From the NCBI GenBank assembly GCA_045601675.1, contig JAZSAB010000004.1, forward strand, positions 1 to 48,217: DNA of 48,217 nt, read 5' to 3'. Within the stretch, counting starts at the first letter, position 1. Every line of letters starts with the position of its first letter. The notes under the pieces were generated by a model. It was not told the DNA's origin. It did no database searches and saw nothing but the letters and a program-made list of their open reading frames with translations. Positions 36,617 to 46,626 of the stretch are shown here, piece after piece. Made by a program: the position numbers and the translations under genes. This DNA comes from Faecousia sp. GTDB taxonomy: Bacteria; Bacillota; Clostridia; Oscillospirales; Oscillospiraceae.

Positions 36617-37422
36617 AGCTGCCCCGTAACACCACTGCCTTCAGTTTGGGCGTAAACCTGTCTTATGCCCTTATCAACTGCATTGTGGGTTTTTCCATGC
36701 ACTCCTGGTGGTTTCTCACCCTGGGTGCCTACCACTTCATTTTAAGCATCGCCCGATTCTCCGTGCTGCTGATCGGACGCAGATCCGGCGGAGACATTGC
36801 CCTCGAAATGTTTGCAAAGAAGATCACCGGGATCCTGTTTCTGTTTCTATCCCTTTGTATCACCGGGATCGTGATCCTTGCAGTCACAGATAACCGTGGC
36901 ACAAAATACCACGAGATCCTGATGATCGCCATCGCGGTATACGCTTTTGCAAAAGTAACTATGGCAATTATCGGTCTTGTAAAAGCCAAACGTGTCTCCT
37001 CCCCTGTAACAAAGACTCTGCGAAACATTTCCCTTGCAGACGCCTTTGTTTCGATTTATTCTTTGCAGCGGTCCATGCTGGTATCCTTTCCCGGGATGCA
37101 GCCCCAGGAGATCCGTCTATTCAACATCTTAACAGGTGTCGCAGTGAGTCTGCTGACCCTGTTTTTAGGACTCAATCTTATCGGAGGGAGGTATATGACT
37201 ATGGCAAAATCCAAATTCACAGAAGCCAATGAAAAGATCGCCGCCGGTGTGACCACCGGTTACAAAAAAATTGAAAAAGGCGTCGTGGATGGCTATAAGA
37301 AGATTGAAAAGGGCGTAACCGCGGGTTACGCAAAGATCGAAGACCGCTTTGTGGAAAGCTATCTTACAAAAGACGGCGAGACCGTAGAGGAAGCCAAAAA
37401 ACGTCTCCGCGGCGAAAAATAA
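36613..37422 (+). CDS. Membrane protein fused in-frame to a small GYKKIE-repeat domain
   Basis: ATGA coupling at 36613; about 6 TMs; internal GGAGGT SD before ATG 37201. Confidence 0.7.
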   Translation: MKLPRNTTAFSLGVNLSYALINCIVGFSMHSWWFLTLGAYHFILSIARFSVLLIGRRSGGDIALEMFAKKITGILFLFLSLCITGIVILAVTDNRGTKYHEILMIAIAVYAFAKVTMAIIGLVKAKRVSSPVTKTLRNISLADAFVSIYSLQRSMLVSFPGMQPQEIRLFNILTGVAVSLLTLFLGLNLIGGRYMTMAKSKFTEANEKIAAGVTTGYKKIEKGVVDGYKKIEKGVTAGYAKIEDRFVESYLTKDGETVEEAKKRLRGEK

Positions 37423-37423
37423 C

Positions 37424-37455
37424 AAAAAAAGCAGATGCGACGCATCTGCTTTTTC
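37424..37455. terminator. Bidirectional terminator
   Basis: A7-GCAGATGCG-A-CGCATCTGC-T run. Confidence 0.75.
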
Positions 37456-38007
37456 TTATACTGCCAGGAAGAAATACTTTGTAATGGTCTCCGGGGATTC
37501 CTTTCTGCCGCCCTCCAGCCACCAGCGGATGGTCTCCACAAAGGTGGAGCAGATATGATCCACCCAAAAATCCTCCGGCAGCTCCGCAGGCTTTCGCTCC
37601 GCGAACAGATCCAGCTGATTTTCCGCCAAAAGCTTCAGTTCGCTTTTGAAGTACTGCAAAAAGACCTCATTGTTCTGTCCGGAAAGGAGCTGCAGAATAT
37701 GGTTATCGTTTTTCTGCAGATGCTGCACCAGGTGCAAATACACCGATTTGGGGGCTTCGCAGGCGAAAATACCGCTGTGCTCACTGCCGTCCCCTTTCTC
37801 CGCCTCAAAAACATGGGCGAAAAGCTCGTGGCAAAGGGCCCGCAGCAGGTAATCCTTCGTTTCAAAATGGGCATAAAAAGTGGCTCTGCCGATGTCCGCT
37901 TTACTCAGGATCTCCCCTACCGTGATCTGATGATACCGTTTCTGCGAAAGCAGATCGATAAACGCCCGGAAGATGGCGTCCCGTGTTTTCCTCTGTCTTC
38001 TGTCCAT
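37456..38007 (-). CDS. TetR/AcrR-family regulator
   Basis: MDRRQRKTR, ITVGEILSKADIGRATFYAHF. Confidence 0.9.
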   Translation of the reverse strand: MDRRQRKTRDAIFRAFIDLLSQKRYHQITVGEILSKADIGRATFYAHFETKDYLLRALCHELFAHVFEAEKGDGSEHSGIFACEAPKSVYLHLVQHLQKNDNHILQLLSGQNNEVFLQYFKSELKLLAENQLDLFAERKPAELPEDFWVDHICSTFVETIRWWLEGGRKESPETITKYFFLAV

Positions 38008-38167
38008 AAATTTCCATACACTTTCCCGGATTTGTTCCGTAACGAACAGACGCCGAAATGCATATATTGCATTGGAGTCTCTATCCGCCTACAATATTAC
38101 CGAACAGCTCGTTCAGTACCATATATAGTGTACGACATATTTATCAAAAAAGCAACCGGGAGGTACT

Positions 38168-39076
38168 ATGAAAACTGAGCGAAATATTTTGGTAGCCTTT
38201 CTTCTCAATCTGGTTTTTTCTGTATTTGAGTTTTTTGGCGGTCTGTTTACCGGCAGTGTGGCGATCATCTCCGATGCCCTCCACGATTTAGGCGACGCGG
38301 CAAGCATCGGCATTTCCTATTTCTTGGAGAGGAAAAGTAAAAAGAAACCGGATGAGCAGTACACATTCGGATACAGCCGTTTTTCCGTGCTGGGAGGTCT
38401 CATCACCGCGTCCATTTTGCTTTTCGGCTCTGCGGTGGTCATCGGCAATGCGATCGTCCGCCTGCTGAATCCCACCCCCATCCACTATGGCGGTATGATC
38501 ATCTTTGCCATCGTGGGCGCTGCGGTGAACCTGATCGCCGCCTTTGCGACCCGGGAGGGCGATTCCATCAACCAAAAGGCCGTGAACCTCCATATGCTGG
38601 AGGATGTTCTGGGTTGGATCGTGGTGCTCATCGGCGCGGTGGTGATGAAATTCACAGATCTTACCTTTATTGATCCCCTGCTGTCCATCGGTGTTGCTGC
38701 ATATATCCTCATTCACGCGGTCAAAACGCTGAAGAGAATCATTGATCTGTTTTTGGAGAAAGCGCCGGAGGACATTTCTGTCGGTGAGCTCCGGGAGCAT
38801 CTTTTGGAGATCCCGGGGGTGCTGGATGTACATCACATCCATGTCCGCAGCGTGGACGGCTACATGACCAGCGCCACCATGCACATCGTAACGGACCGGG
38901 AGCACCACGGCATCAAGGAAGCGGTCCGGGAGGAGCTGAGGGAGCACGGTGTGGACCACGCCACCCTGGAGCTGGAGGACGAAGGCGAGCACTGCTGCGC
39001 CCCCCAGTGCTGCATCCGCACCCAGCAAACGCAGCATTCCCACCACCATCACCACGGACATCACCATCATCATTAA
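38168..39076 (+). CDS. Cation diffusion facilitator (CzcD-like) with Cys/His-rich tail
   Basis: SDALHDLGD, LHMLED, VHHIHV; C-terminal HCCAPQCC...HHHHHGHHHHH. Confidence 0.9.
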   Translation: MKTERNILVAFLLNLVFSVFEFFGGLFTGSVAIISDALHDLGDAASIGISYFLERKSKKKPDEQYTFGYSRFSVLGGLITASILLFGSAVVIGNAIVRLLNPTPIHYGGMIIFAIVGAAVNLIAAFATREGDSINQKAVNLHMLEDVLGWIVVLIGAVVMKFTDLTFIDPLLSIGVAAYILIHAVKTLKRIIDLFLEKAPEDISVGELREHLLEIPGVLDVHHIHVRSVDGYMTSATMHIVTDREHHGIKEAVREELREHGVDHATLELEDEGEHCCAPQCCIRTQQTQHSHHHHHGHHHHH

Positions 39077-39103
39077 AAAAGACCGCCCATTGGGCGGTCT
39101 TTT
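39075..39103. terminator. Bidirectional terminator
   Basis: AAAAAAGACCGCCCA-T-TGGGCGGTCTTTT. Confidence 0.8.
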
Positions 39104-39105
39104 TC

Positions 39106-40122
39106 TTATTTATCGTAGCCGTTGGGGTTTTTGCTCTGCCAGTTCCAGGTGTCCCGGCACATATCCCGCTGGTCCAGGGTCGCAGTCCAGCCGAGAACCT
39201 CTTTGCTCTTTTCCGGGTCTGCGTAGAACACCGCCAGGTCACCGGGGCGGCGGGGGGCGATCTCATAGGGTACGGGAACGCCGTTGGCATCCTCGAATGC
39301 CTTTACCATATCCAGCACGGAATAGCCTGTGCCGGTGCCCAAATTGAACACGCTCTCGCCGGGACTCTTCATCAAATGGGCAATCGCCGCCACATGACCC
39401 TTTGCCAGGTCCACCACATGGATGTAGTCCCGGACGCCGGTGCCGTCGTGGGTGTCGTAATCGTTACCGAAGACGCTGAGGTGATGGCGCTTGCCGATGG
39501 CGGTCTGGGAGATAAAGGGCATCAGGTTATTTGGGATGCCGTTGGGATGCTCGCCAATGAGACCGCTACTGTGGGCGCCCACGGGGTTAAAGTAGCGCAG
39601 CAGCACCACGGACCATTCGGGGTCTGCAACGGTCAGATCCCGCAGGATCTGCTCGCCCATAAACTTTGTCCAGCCGTAGGGGTTGGTGCAGTTTCCGGTC
39701 TTGGAAGTTTCCCGCAGGGGCATCTCGTTATCCCCGGAATACACCGTAGCGGAAGAGGAGAAAATGATCTTCTTTACCCCAAACTCTGCCATAACACGGC
39801 ACAGCGTCATGGTGGAGCAAAGGTTATTTTCGTAATATGCCAGGGGCTTTGCCACGGACTCTCCCACGGCTTTCAGTCCCGCGAAGTGGATCACACAGCC
39901 GATCTCATGCTTGGAAAACACTTCCCGCAGCAGCTTTTCGTCCCGGACATCGCCCTCATAAAAAGCTATGCTCTTCCCGGTGATTTTCTCCACCCGGACA
40001 AGGCTCTCCCGGCTTGCGTTGCAGAGGTTATCGATCACCACCGGGGTATGCCCGGCTTCGATCAATTCCACGCAGGTGTGGCTGCCGATAAAACCGGCGC
40101 CGCCGGTTACCAGTACATTCAT
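39106..40122 (-). CDS. galE: UDP-glucose 4-epimerase
   Basis: TGGAGFIGSH, HFAGLKAVGES, YGWTK, LRYFNPVGAH, GVRDYIHV. Confidence 0.95.
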   Translation of the reverse strand: MNVLVTGGAGFIGSHTCVELIEAGHTPVVIDNLCNASRESLVRVEKITGKSIAFYEGDVRDEKLLREVFSKHEIGCVIHFAGLKAVGESVAKPLAYYENNLCSTMTLCRVMAEFGVKKIIFSSSATVYSGDNEMPLRETSKTGNCTNPYGWTKFMGEQILRDLTVADPEWSVVLLRYFNPVGAHSSGLIGEHPNGIPNNLMPFISQTAIGKRHHLSVFGNDYDTHDGTGVRDYIHVVDLAKGHVAAIAHLMKSPGESVFNLGTGTGYSVLDMVKAFEDANGVPVPYEIAPRRPGDLAVFYADPEKSKEVLGWTATLDQRDMCRDTWNWQSKNPNGYDK

Positions 40123-40153
40123 TTTTTCAATTCCTCCGTTTTCTTACGGGTTG

Positions 40154-41422
40154 TTATGAGAGCATGATCTTAATGATCTCCGTATCCGTCTTTCGCATGC
40201 CCTCGCTTGCCAGACGGCTTACATTGTGGATAGTGCTTTCCACACCCTTGCTGACAATGCCGTCGCCGCCCAAAAACTGGCTGCCCTGGCGGAACATCTC
40301 CATACCTAAAATACCTGCCTCCACTGCGGAGGCGATCTTGGCTGCGCAGCTTGCTTTCGCGCCGTCGCAGATCACACCGGAGTTGATGGCGATGGCATTG
40401 ACCACCGTATGCGCCACCTCCCGGAACTTGCCGCCATAGAGATAGGTAATACCGGCAGCCGCGCCACAGCCTGCGCTGATAGCACCGCAGTAGGCGCTCA
40501 AGGGACCGATGCCGGACTTTAAGTGCAGCGTTACCAAATTGGAAACCGCCAATGCCCGGTAGAGCTGCTCCTGGGATGCTCCCAGTTCCTTTGCATAGAT
40601 CACCACAGGAACCGAGGCGGTAATACCCTGGTTGCCGGAGCCGGAATTGATGACCACCGGCTTTTCGCAGCCACCCATACGGGCATCGGATGCCGCTGCA
40701 GCATATGCCTTTGCCCGGGTGATCACATCGTTTTCCCGGGTCTTCAGCAGCACCTGTCCGATCCGGGCACCGTAGTCCTTTTGAAGTCCCTCTTCCGCAA
40801 TCGCCATGTTGCAGACGATCTGTCGGTCGAAAGTATCCTTTACATCGTTTATATCCAGCGCATCGGCAAATTCCACGATCCGCTCCACCGTCAAAAGCTC
40901 TTTATTTCCGGCGCTCTCCGGGGCAGAGTTTTCCACATTGCGGCAGTAGACCGTCTCCCCATCCTTACGGATGCAAACGATATTGGTGTGGTCCTCCGCG
41001 ATGCGGCACACCGCCTGATGTCCGCCAGCGGACAAAGTGATGTGAATATCAAACAGCGCCCCGGATTCTGACTGCTCCACCGTAAACTCCGCCTGCTTAA
41101 GATACCGGGCGATCTCCTGCTGCTGGTCTTTTGTAACCTTGCTGATCACCAGGAGCTTACTGTCCGGGTCGCCGGCGACAATGCCAGCCGCAGCCGCCGC
41201 CTCCAAGCCGTGGAGTCCACCGGTGTTGGGCACGATGACGCTCTTTACATTTTTAATAATATTGGCGCTGACGCAGATATGTACGGTTTCCGGCAACACA
41301 CCCAACTCCCGGGCAGCCACCGCCGCCGCATAGGCAACCGCGATAGGCTCGGTGCAACCCATAGCCGGCACCAGTTCCTGCTTCAGTAAAGTAATATACG
41401 CGCTATAAAGCTTCTGATCCAT
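40154..41422 (-). CDS. L-cysteine desulfidase / serine dehydratase alpha-like protein (UPF0597)
   Basis: PAMGCTEP, SGSGNQG, LSAYCG, CDGAKASCAAK. Confidence 0.85.
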   Translation of the reverse strand: MDQKLYSAYITLLKQELVPAMGCTEPIAVAYAAAVAARELGVLPETVHICVSANIIKNVKSVIVPNTGGLHGLEAAAAAGIVAGDPDSKLLVISKVTKDQQQEIARYLKQAEFTVEQSESGALFDIHITLSAGGHQAVCRIAEDHTNIVCIRKDGETVYCRNVENSAPESAGNKELLTVERIVEFADALDINDVKDTFDRQIVCNMAIAEEGLQKDYGARIGQVLLKTRENDVITRAKAYAAAASDARMGGCEKPVVINSGSGNQGITASVPVVIYAKELGASQEQLYRALAVSNLVTLHLKSGIGPLSAYCGAISAGCGAAAGITYLYGGKFREVAHTVVNAIAINSGVICDGAKASCAAKIASAVEAGILGMEMFRQGSQFLGGDGIVSKGVESTIHNVSRLASEGMRKTDTEIIKIMLS

Positions 41423-41487
41423 ACGCTCACCTCGTATGTACCACTATATCAGTTTTTTCATAAAAAAGCTACTGTTTTCCGCACAGA

Positions 41488-41519
41488 AAAACCGACCGTC
41501 TTGCTTGACGGTCGGTTTT
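41488..41519 (-). terminator. Intrinsic terminator
   Basis: AAAACCGACCGTC/GACGGTCGGTTTT. Confidence 0.75.
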
Positions 41520-41524
41520 ACGAT

Positions 41525-42190
41525 TCAGCTTGAGAACTTCGGCGGATTCACCGGGTTGTTTGCAAAGGCATTGGGACCGGGATCAGACATAGAAAAGTAC
41601 ATCTTTGCTGCCTTGGTAGTGCGGAAATCCCGGTTGGAGCCGGTGTTCTGCACCTCGTTAAAGGCGTCCCGGAACATCTGATTGTGGGCCTCCTCCCGGT
41701 TCAGCAGGAAGTCGATGGTCTCCCGGACTTTCTTGTCGTGGATCTGGCGGTAAAGGTATTCGTAGACCACCTTCGCCCTCTGCTCCGATGCGATATTGCT
41801 GAGAAGATCGGCGCACAGATCGCCGGTGACCGTCACATAATCTGCCGTCCAGGAATAGCCGGAGGCATTGATAAGACCCGGATTTAAGCCTAAGATCACG
41901 TGGCTTTGGATCTCCCCGGCGTTGACCTGGTCAGCGCCCACGTCGTGACCGTTCAAAAGGTTGATGGTCTGGGCGACCATCTCCATATGACCCAGCTCCT
42001 CCGCCGCGATATCCAAAAACAGGTGCTTGATCTTGGGATCTTTGATCCGGAAGCTTTGTGACATATACTGCATTGCCGCCTTTAGCTCCCCGTTGCCGCC
42101 GCCCAGCTGCTCCTGCAGCAGCGCCGCATACTGGGGATTGGGTCGCTCGATCTCCACCGGATCAAATAACTGTTTTTCGTGCTTAAACAA
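41525..42190 (-). CDS. Manganese catalase-family protein
   Basis: TTG start (GAAGGGAG SD); GGGNGEL, EELGH, NIASE, REEAH. Confidence 0.9.
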   Translation of the reverse strand: MFKHEKQLFDPVEIERPNPQYAALLQEQLGGGNGELKAAMQYMSQSFRIKDPKIKHLFLDIAAEELGHMEMVAQTINLLNGHDVGADQVNAGEIQSHVILGLNPGLINASGYSWTADYVTVTGDLCADLLSNIASEQRAKVVYEYLYRQIHDKKVRETIDFLLNREEAHNQMFRDAFNEVQNTGSNRDFRTTKAAKMYFSMSDPGPNAFANNPVNPPKFSS

Positions 42191-42309
42191 GCACACCACT
42201 CCCTTCACTGTGATATGCTTATTCTTCCAGTTTCTTCCGGGAAATATACCTGCGCAACACAAACCTTTGGGAGATGCAGAAACTTTCTGTGTGCTCCGGC
42301 AGGCGAAAA

Positions 42310-43938
42310 TTACTTCTCGTTTCTCTTCTTCAGGGTATACTCGGCGCAGGAGCGGTAAAGCTTTGCTCTTGCGGCATCGCCTGCGAAATATGTATCGGGC
42401 TGGGACAGGGCTTCAATGATCTCCCGGATCTCACCGTCGCTGCAGGTAACCCGCTCATAGTAGGATTCCTTATCGTTTTCCGTGGGAGGCATCACATCAC
42501 CGATGGCGGCAAAGACATTGAGTCCCTCCGGGGTGGATGCGCCCAGGACGGTCTTTGTCAGCTGGCGGCAGTACTCCTCGGTGTATTCCAGGATCTCGTT
42601 GTTCCAGAGCTTATCGCCCATCAGAACGATGGTAGAGGGCAGGAAACGGTCCATATAGGCACACAGGCTATCCAGGGTATAACCCCATACGCACAATTCG
42701 CTACCCAGGATCTGCTCCCTATACTGCTCCTCGCAATCCGGCTGACGGTCCCACTGCCACTTGCTTACGCTTTCGGAGTTCATAATAATCGGCTCGCCGG
42801 TGAAGGTATAGGTCTCCGGATAATAGGAGTTGATGACCTGATATCCCAGCGCCGCCTGGGCGTTCATGGAGCAACCCTCGTAAGGTCCTCTGCTGGGGAA
42901 AGCCACACGCCAGAAATGCATAATAATATCTTTGGGAAGCAGAGCGCCACGGGGGCAATCCAGCTGATCGCTCCACATGATCATGGTGCGGCCGGCTTTT
43001 TTGACGATCTCATTGATGCGCTTTGCGAAATAGTAGTACTGCTCCTGGCGGTCCTTGATGCCCTCTTTCTCACGGAGCTTGCGGCACTTGGTGCAGTTGT
43101 CCCAAAGACAAACCACCTTCAGGTCCAGCATCTCGATCTCATCGCCGCCCATGTGGAAATAAGGACCGGGGAACACTTCCAGGATCTCATTGATCAGCTT
43201 TTCATAGAGTTCGTAAACCTTCGGCTCACCGGTGCAGACAGAAGATACCTTCATACCCTCTACGGGAGGCGCGTCGCAGCGGAAGTCCTCAAACACCTCA
43301 AAAAGCTTCTTGGAGTGACCGGGCATATCGAATTCCGGAATAACGATCAGTCCCAGCGCATCTGCAAAGGCGCACAGATCCTTCATCTGCTGCTTGGTAT
43401 AGGCATTCTCCATCCAGCAGCTCTTGGGCAGGGTCTCCAGTTCCATGGTGACGCCGCCTCTGTCCGAAAGATACAGCTGGACACGGTTCATCCGGGATTT
43501 TGCCATCAGAGTAAAATCGCTATAGAGCTCCTCAATGGGTCTGACTCGGCTGGCAAGGTCCAGCATAGCGCCTCTGTGCTTTGCTTTCGGCGCATCCTCG
43601 ATGCAGGTCTCCTGCAGCTTGAGCTGACCGTCCCGGCAGCTAACCAGAACGGAGAAGGTTGCAAGGGCGTTGCGAAGTCCCAGGTATTCAGCATAGCGGA
43701 TCTCGATGCCGGTTTCCTTGATCTCCAGGCGGTATGCTTCCCCGGCGAGGGTTTCGTCGTGCAAGGCGGTGATCAACGCGCCCTCTTCTTTCTTCGCCAC
43801 GGTACACTGGGGCAAAAACGCCTTCAGCGCAATGCAGGCTTTCTCAGCGTATTCCTCACAGACATTGATGGTAATATCCGTGCTCACATAAAAGACTTTG
43901 TTTCCTTTTTTTTCTCTCTTCACATTGGGAATGATCAT
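42310..43938 (-). CDS. GH20 beta-N-acetylhexosaminidase-like protein, no signal peptide
   Basis: HRGAMLD, IPEFDMPGHS, FHMGGDE (catalytic DE), GSELCVW. Confidence 0.85.
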   Translation of the reverse strand: MIIPNVKREKKGNKVFYVSTDITINVCEEYAEKACIALKAFLPQCTVAKKEEGALITALHDETLAGEAYRLEIKETGIEIRYAEYLGLRNALATFSVLVSCRDGQLKLQETCIEDAPKAKHRGAMLDLASRVRPIEELYSDFTLMAKSRMNRVQLYLSDRGGVTMELETLPKSCWMENAYTKQQMKDLCAFADALGLIVIPEFDMPGHSKKLFEVFEDFRCDAPPVEGMKVSSVCTGEPKVYELYEKLINEILEVFPGPYFHMGGDEIEMLDLKVVCLWDNCTKCRKLREKEGIKDRQEQYYYFAKRINEIVKKAGRTMIMWSDQLDCPRGALLPKDIIMHFWRVAFPSRGPYEGCSMNAQAALGYQVINSYYPETYTFTGEPIIMNSESVSKWQWDRQPDCEEQYREQILGSELCVWGYTLDSLCAYMDRFLPSTIVLMGDKLWNNEILEYTEEYCRQLTKTVLGASTPEGLNVFAAIGDVMPPTENDKESYYERVTCSDGEIREIIEALSQPDTYFAGDAARAKLYRSCAEYTLKKRNEK

Positions 43939-43995
43939 AGGGATTCTCCTTTTGAAATGTATTGTAAGGATGGCTCTATCATAAACGAAAAAGCG

Positions 43996-44967
43996 TTACG
44001 CGTCAATCCTTTTTGCCGTTTCGCCGCTGAGTTTTCTGTACTGCCGCGGGGAAATGCCGAATTCCTGCTTAAAGGCCCGGTAAAAGCCGGAATAATCCAA
44101 AAAGCCGGTCTGCGATGCCACAGTTTCCAGGGGCTGACCCTGCTCGATCAGCGTTTTGGCGGCGATCAGCCGCCGCTGGGTCACATATCGGTAAAAGCTG
44201 ACCCCCAGCTTCTGCCGGAACAGATGGCTGACGGTGCTGCTGCTGACATAAAACTTGCCGCTCACATCTCCGATCGTAAGACTACTGGCATAGTTTTTCT
44301 CGATATGGGCCGTGATCCTGTCCAGCAGTTCCGGCTTTTCCGCCTGCATGGAGGTGGTGCTCTGCATATCAGTGGCCCGCTTGATATGGGTCAGCAGCTG
44401 CATCGTATTGCCGATCACCACCGATTCCCAGCCGTCCGCCTGCCGCTCCGCCTCCAGTACACCGGCGCGGAACAGCTCCCCCAGGCGTTTCCAGGTGGCG
44501 CTATCCGTTCGCAGAATGCTGGCCTGGGCCTGTTTTTCCGTAAAGGCATAGGGAAACAAGCTGGCATACTGGTCCATAAATTCCTGGCTCAACCACAGAA
44601 CATAGCGCTCATAGGGCTCTGCCATATTCTCCGGCAGCAGCGGACGGTGGCTGACCCCCGGCGGCACGAAAATCAAGTCCCCTTCCCGGAGCCGGTAACG
44701 CTGAGACCCCACCAGGTACTCCGCATTGCAGCTGTTGCAGCAAAACAGAAGCTCGTAAAACGCGTGGCTGTGCAGCTGCATATGGGCGTTGGGATAGCTG
44801 ATATCCCGATGGGTATCCACAAAACGGGAGGTCATCTCCAGCTCCTGATAAATGGTGCTGGGGTCCATACCCATATTGCTGATCTGCTCCAGCAGCCACT
44901 GCTGCAGCATGGCCCCCTGGAGATTTGGTACATTTTTCGCCAACTGCCTTATTTTACCTAATTTCAT
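43996..44967 (-). CDS. AraC-family regulator (cupin + HTH)
   Basis: LHSHAFYE, VPPGVSH, GFLDYSGFYRAFKQEFGISP; exact start uncertain. Confidence 0.9.
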   Translation of the reverse strand: MKLGKIRQLAKNVPNLQGAMLQQWLLEQISNMGMDPSTIYQELEMTSRFVDTHRDISYPNAHMQLHSHAFYELLFCCNSCNAEYLVGSQRYRLREGDLIFVPPGVSHRPLLPENMAEPYERYVLWLSQEFMDQYASLFPYAFTEKQAQASILRTDSATWKRLGELFRAGVLEAERQADGWESVVIGNTMQLLTHIKRATDMQSTTSMQAEKPELLDRITAHIEKNYASSLTIGDVSGKFYVSSSTVSHLFRQKLGVSFYRYVTQRRLIAAKTLIEQGQPLETVASQTGFLDYSGFYRAFKQEFGISPRQYRKLSGETAKRIDA

Positions 44968-45015
44968 AAAACGCCCTCCCGACAAGCAGCTTCTTTTGTG
45001 ATATTCTACCACAAA

Positions 45016-45057
45016 TTTGCAAGATTCGCAATATTTTGTGCAATAATTGCAATTTAC
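45016..45057 (+). promoter_or_regulatory. 21-bp tandem direct repeat, putative AraC half-sites
   Basis: TTTGCAAGATTCGCAATATTT / TGTGCAATAATTGCAATTTAC (14/21 identical). Confidence 0.5.
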
Positions 45058-45139
45058 TTTGCATTCATAATTTTGTAACATAACAGTAAGATCCCGAAAA
45101 GCGGGATTCCTTCAAAAATAATTTTAGGAGGACAAATTT

Positions 45140-46543
45140 ATGTCTAAAGCACCTAAAAACGGCCTGACCAAGAAGCATTGGTTCGGCTATATGTTTGGTG
45201 ACTGGGGTGGCTGTATGACCTTCACCCTGATGGCCAGCATTTTCTCTATGTACTGCACCGACGTTCTGGGCATCAACGCCACGCTGATGGGTGTGCTGAC
45301 CATCATCTGGACCATTTGGGACGCGATCAACGACCCCATGATGGGCGCCCTGATGGACAAAGCCTTCGCAAGAAGACAGAACAAGAAGGGCAAGTTCCGT
45401 CCCTGGCTGCTGCGCGCAACGCCTCTGCTGGCTGTTTCCGCTATTGCGCTGTGGACCGTTCCCACTTTCCTGGACGGCATTCCCCTGTTGGTAGCTCTGT
45501 TCTCCCTGAAGATTCTCTATGAAGCTGCCTACACCATGTTCAACATCCCCATGGGCTCTCTGCTGAGCGCAATGTCTACCAACGACTCCGAGCGTGCTTC
45601 CCTGTCCTCTGCCCGTGGCGTTGGCTCTATGTTCGGCAATATGATCCCCGGTCTGGTGGGCCCCGTGATCATCGGTATGTTTGGTGACAAGAACTCCACC
45701 GGTTATACCATCGCCGGTGTTGCCTGTGCCGCCATTGGCTTCGTCATCTGTCTGCTGCACTACGCAATGACCGAGGAGCGCACCGTTGTCAACGAAGATG
45801 TTAAGGCCGACGACATTAAGTTCACCGATATTCTCACCGTCGTAAAGAAGAACCGTCCTTTCATCGCACTGTGCATCCACGGTATTTGCATCTGCACCAT
45901 GCAGTATCTGGTACAGAACATCAGCATGTATATGTACTCTGCCGTTTACCACGATGTTACTTATCAGTCCATCGCATCCGCTCTGTCCAGCCCCTTTATG
46001 ATCGGCTCTATGATCGCCGTGCCCTTTATGTGTAAGAAACTGGGTCTTGAAAAGCTGATCCGCTATTCCCTGCTGATCGGCGGCGCGATCTGCGCGGTTC
46101 TGTTTGGCTTGCACGTTTTCATGGAGGTTCCCCCTCTTGTCCACGGTGTGATCCTGGGTCTCGGCTCCGGTATGGCTATGGTTTCCATCCAGATGCAGTG
46201 GGGTCTGGTAGGCGAAGCCATCGACTACAATGAGTATGCCACCGGCAAGCGCACCGAAGGCTCCATCTACGGCACCTTCAATCTGTCCCGCCGTATCGGT
46301 CAGACCGTCGGTCTGGGCTTCAGCTTCTTCGCCCTTGACTGGATCGGCTACAATCCTGAGCTGGCCGCGCAAAGCGCCGGAACCATCTTCGGTTTCAAGT
46401 CTCTGTGCGTGCTGACTCCTGCTGTGTTTATCCTGGGCTCCTGGGCTGCTTTCAAGTTTGTTTGGAACATCACCCCCGAGGTCCGCGCTAAGATGGTCGC
46501 TAAGAAGAGCGGCGCCGCTGCACCCTCCGCAGAGGAGCAGTAA
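45140..46543 (+). CDS. GPH-family (MFS) glycoside:cation symporter
   Basis: WDAINDPMMG, GKFRPWL, YTMFNIP, DYNEYATGKRTEG. Confidence 0.9.
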   Translation: MSKAPKNGLTKKHWFGYMFGDWGGCMTFTLMASIFSMYCTDVLGINATLMGVLTIIWTIWDAINDPMMGALMDKAFARRQNKKGKFRPWLLRATPLLAVSAIALWTVPTFLDGIPLLVALFSLKILYEAAYTMFNIPMGSLLSAMSTNDSERASLSSARGVGSMFGNMIPGLVGPVIIGMFGDKNSTGYTIAGVACAAIGFVICLLHYAMTEERTVVNEDVKADDIKFTDILTVVKKNRPFIALCIHGICICTMQYLVQNISMYMYSAVYHDVTYQSIASALSSPFMIGSMIAVPFMCKKLGLEKLIRYSLLIGGAICAVLFGLHVFMEVPPLVHGVILGLGSGMAMVSIQMQWGLVGEAIDYNEYATGKRTEGSIYGTFNLSRRIGQTVGLGFSFFALDWIGYNPELAAQSAGTIFGFKSLCVLTPAVFILGSWAAFKFVWNITPEVRAKMVAKKSGAAAPSAEEQ

Positions 46544-46626
46544 TATCTAAATCTTCAGCGGCACGGCACTTGCCGTGCCGCTGCTTCTATGCTATGCTAT
46601 AAAAAACGCATAAAGGAAGGAAACAT

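Noticed and set aside
38102-38114. GAAC-N5-GTTC resembling a LexA (Cheo) box
   Set aside because: The spacer is 5 nt rather than 4 and the neighbours are not SOS genes; more likely part of a TetR operator.
42274-44961. 895-aa plus-strand ORF
   Set aside because: Antisense shadow of the GH20 and AraC genes, which lie in the same frame; no SD or recognisable domain.
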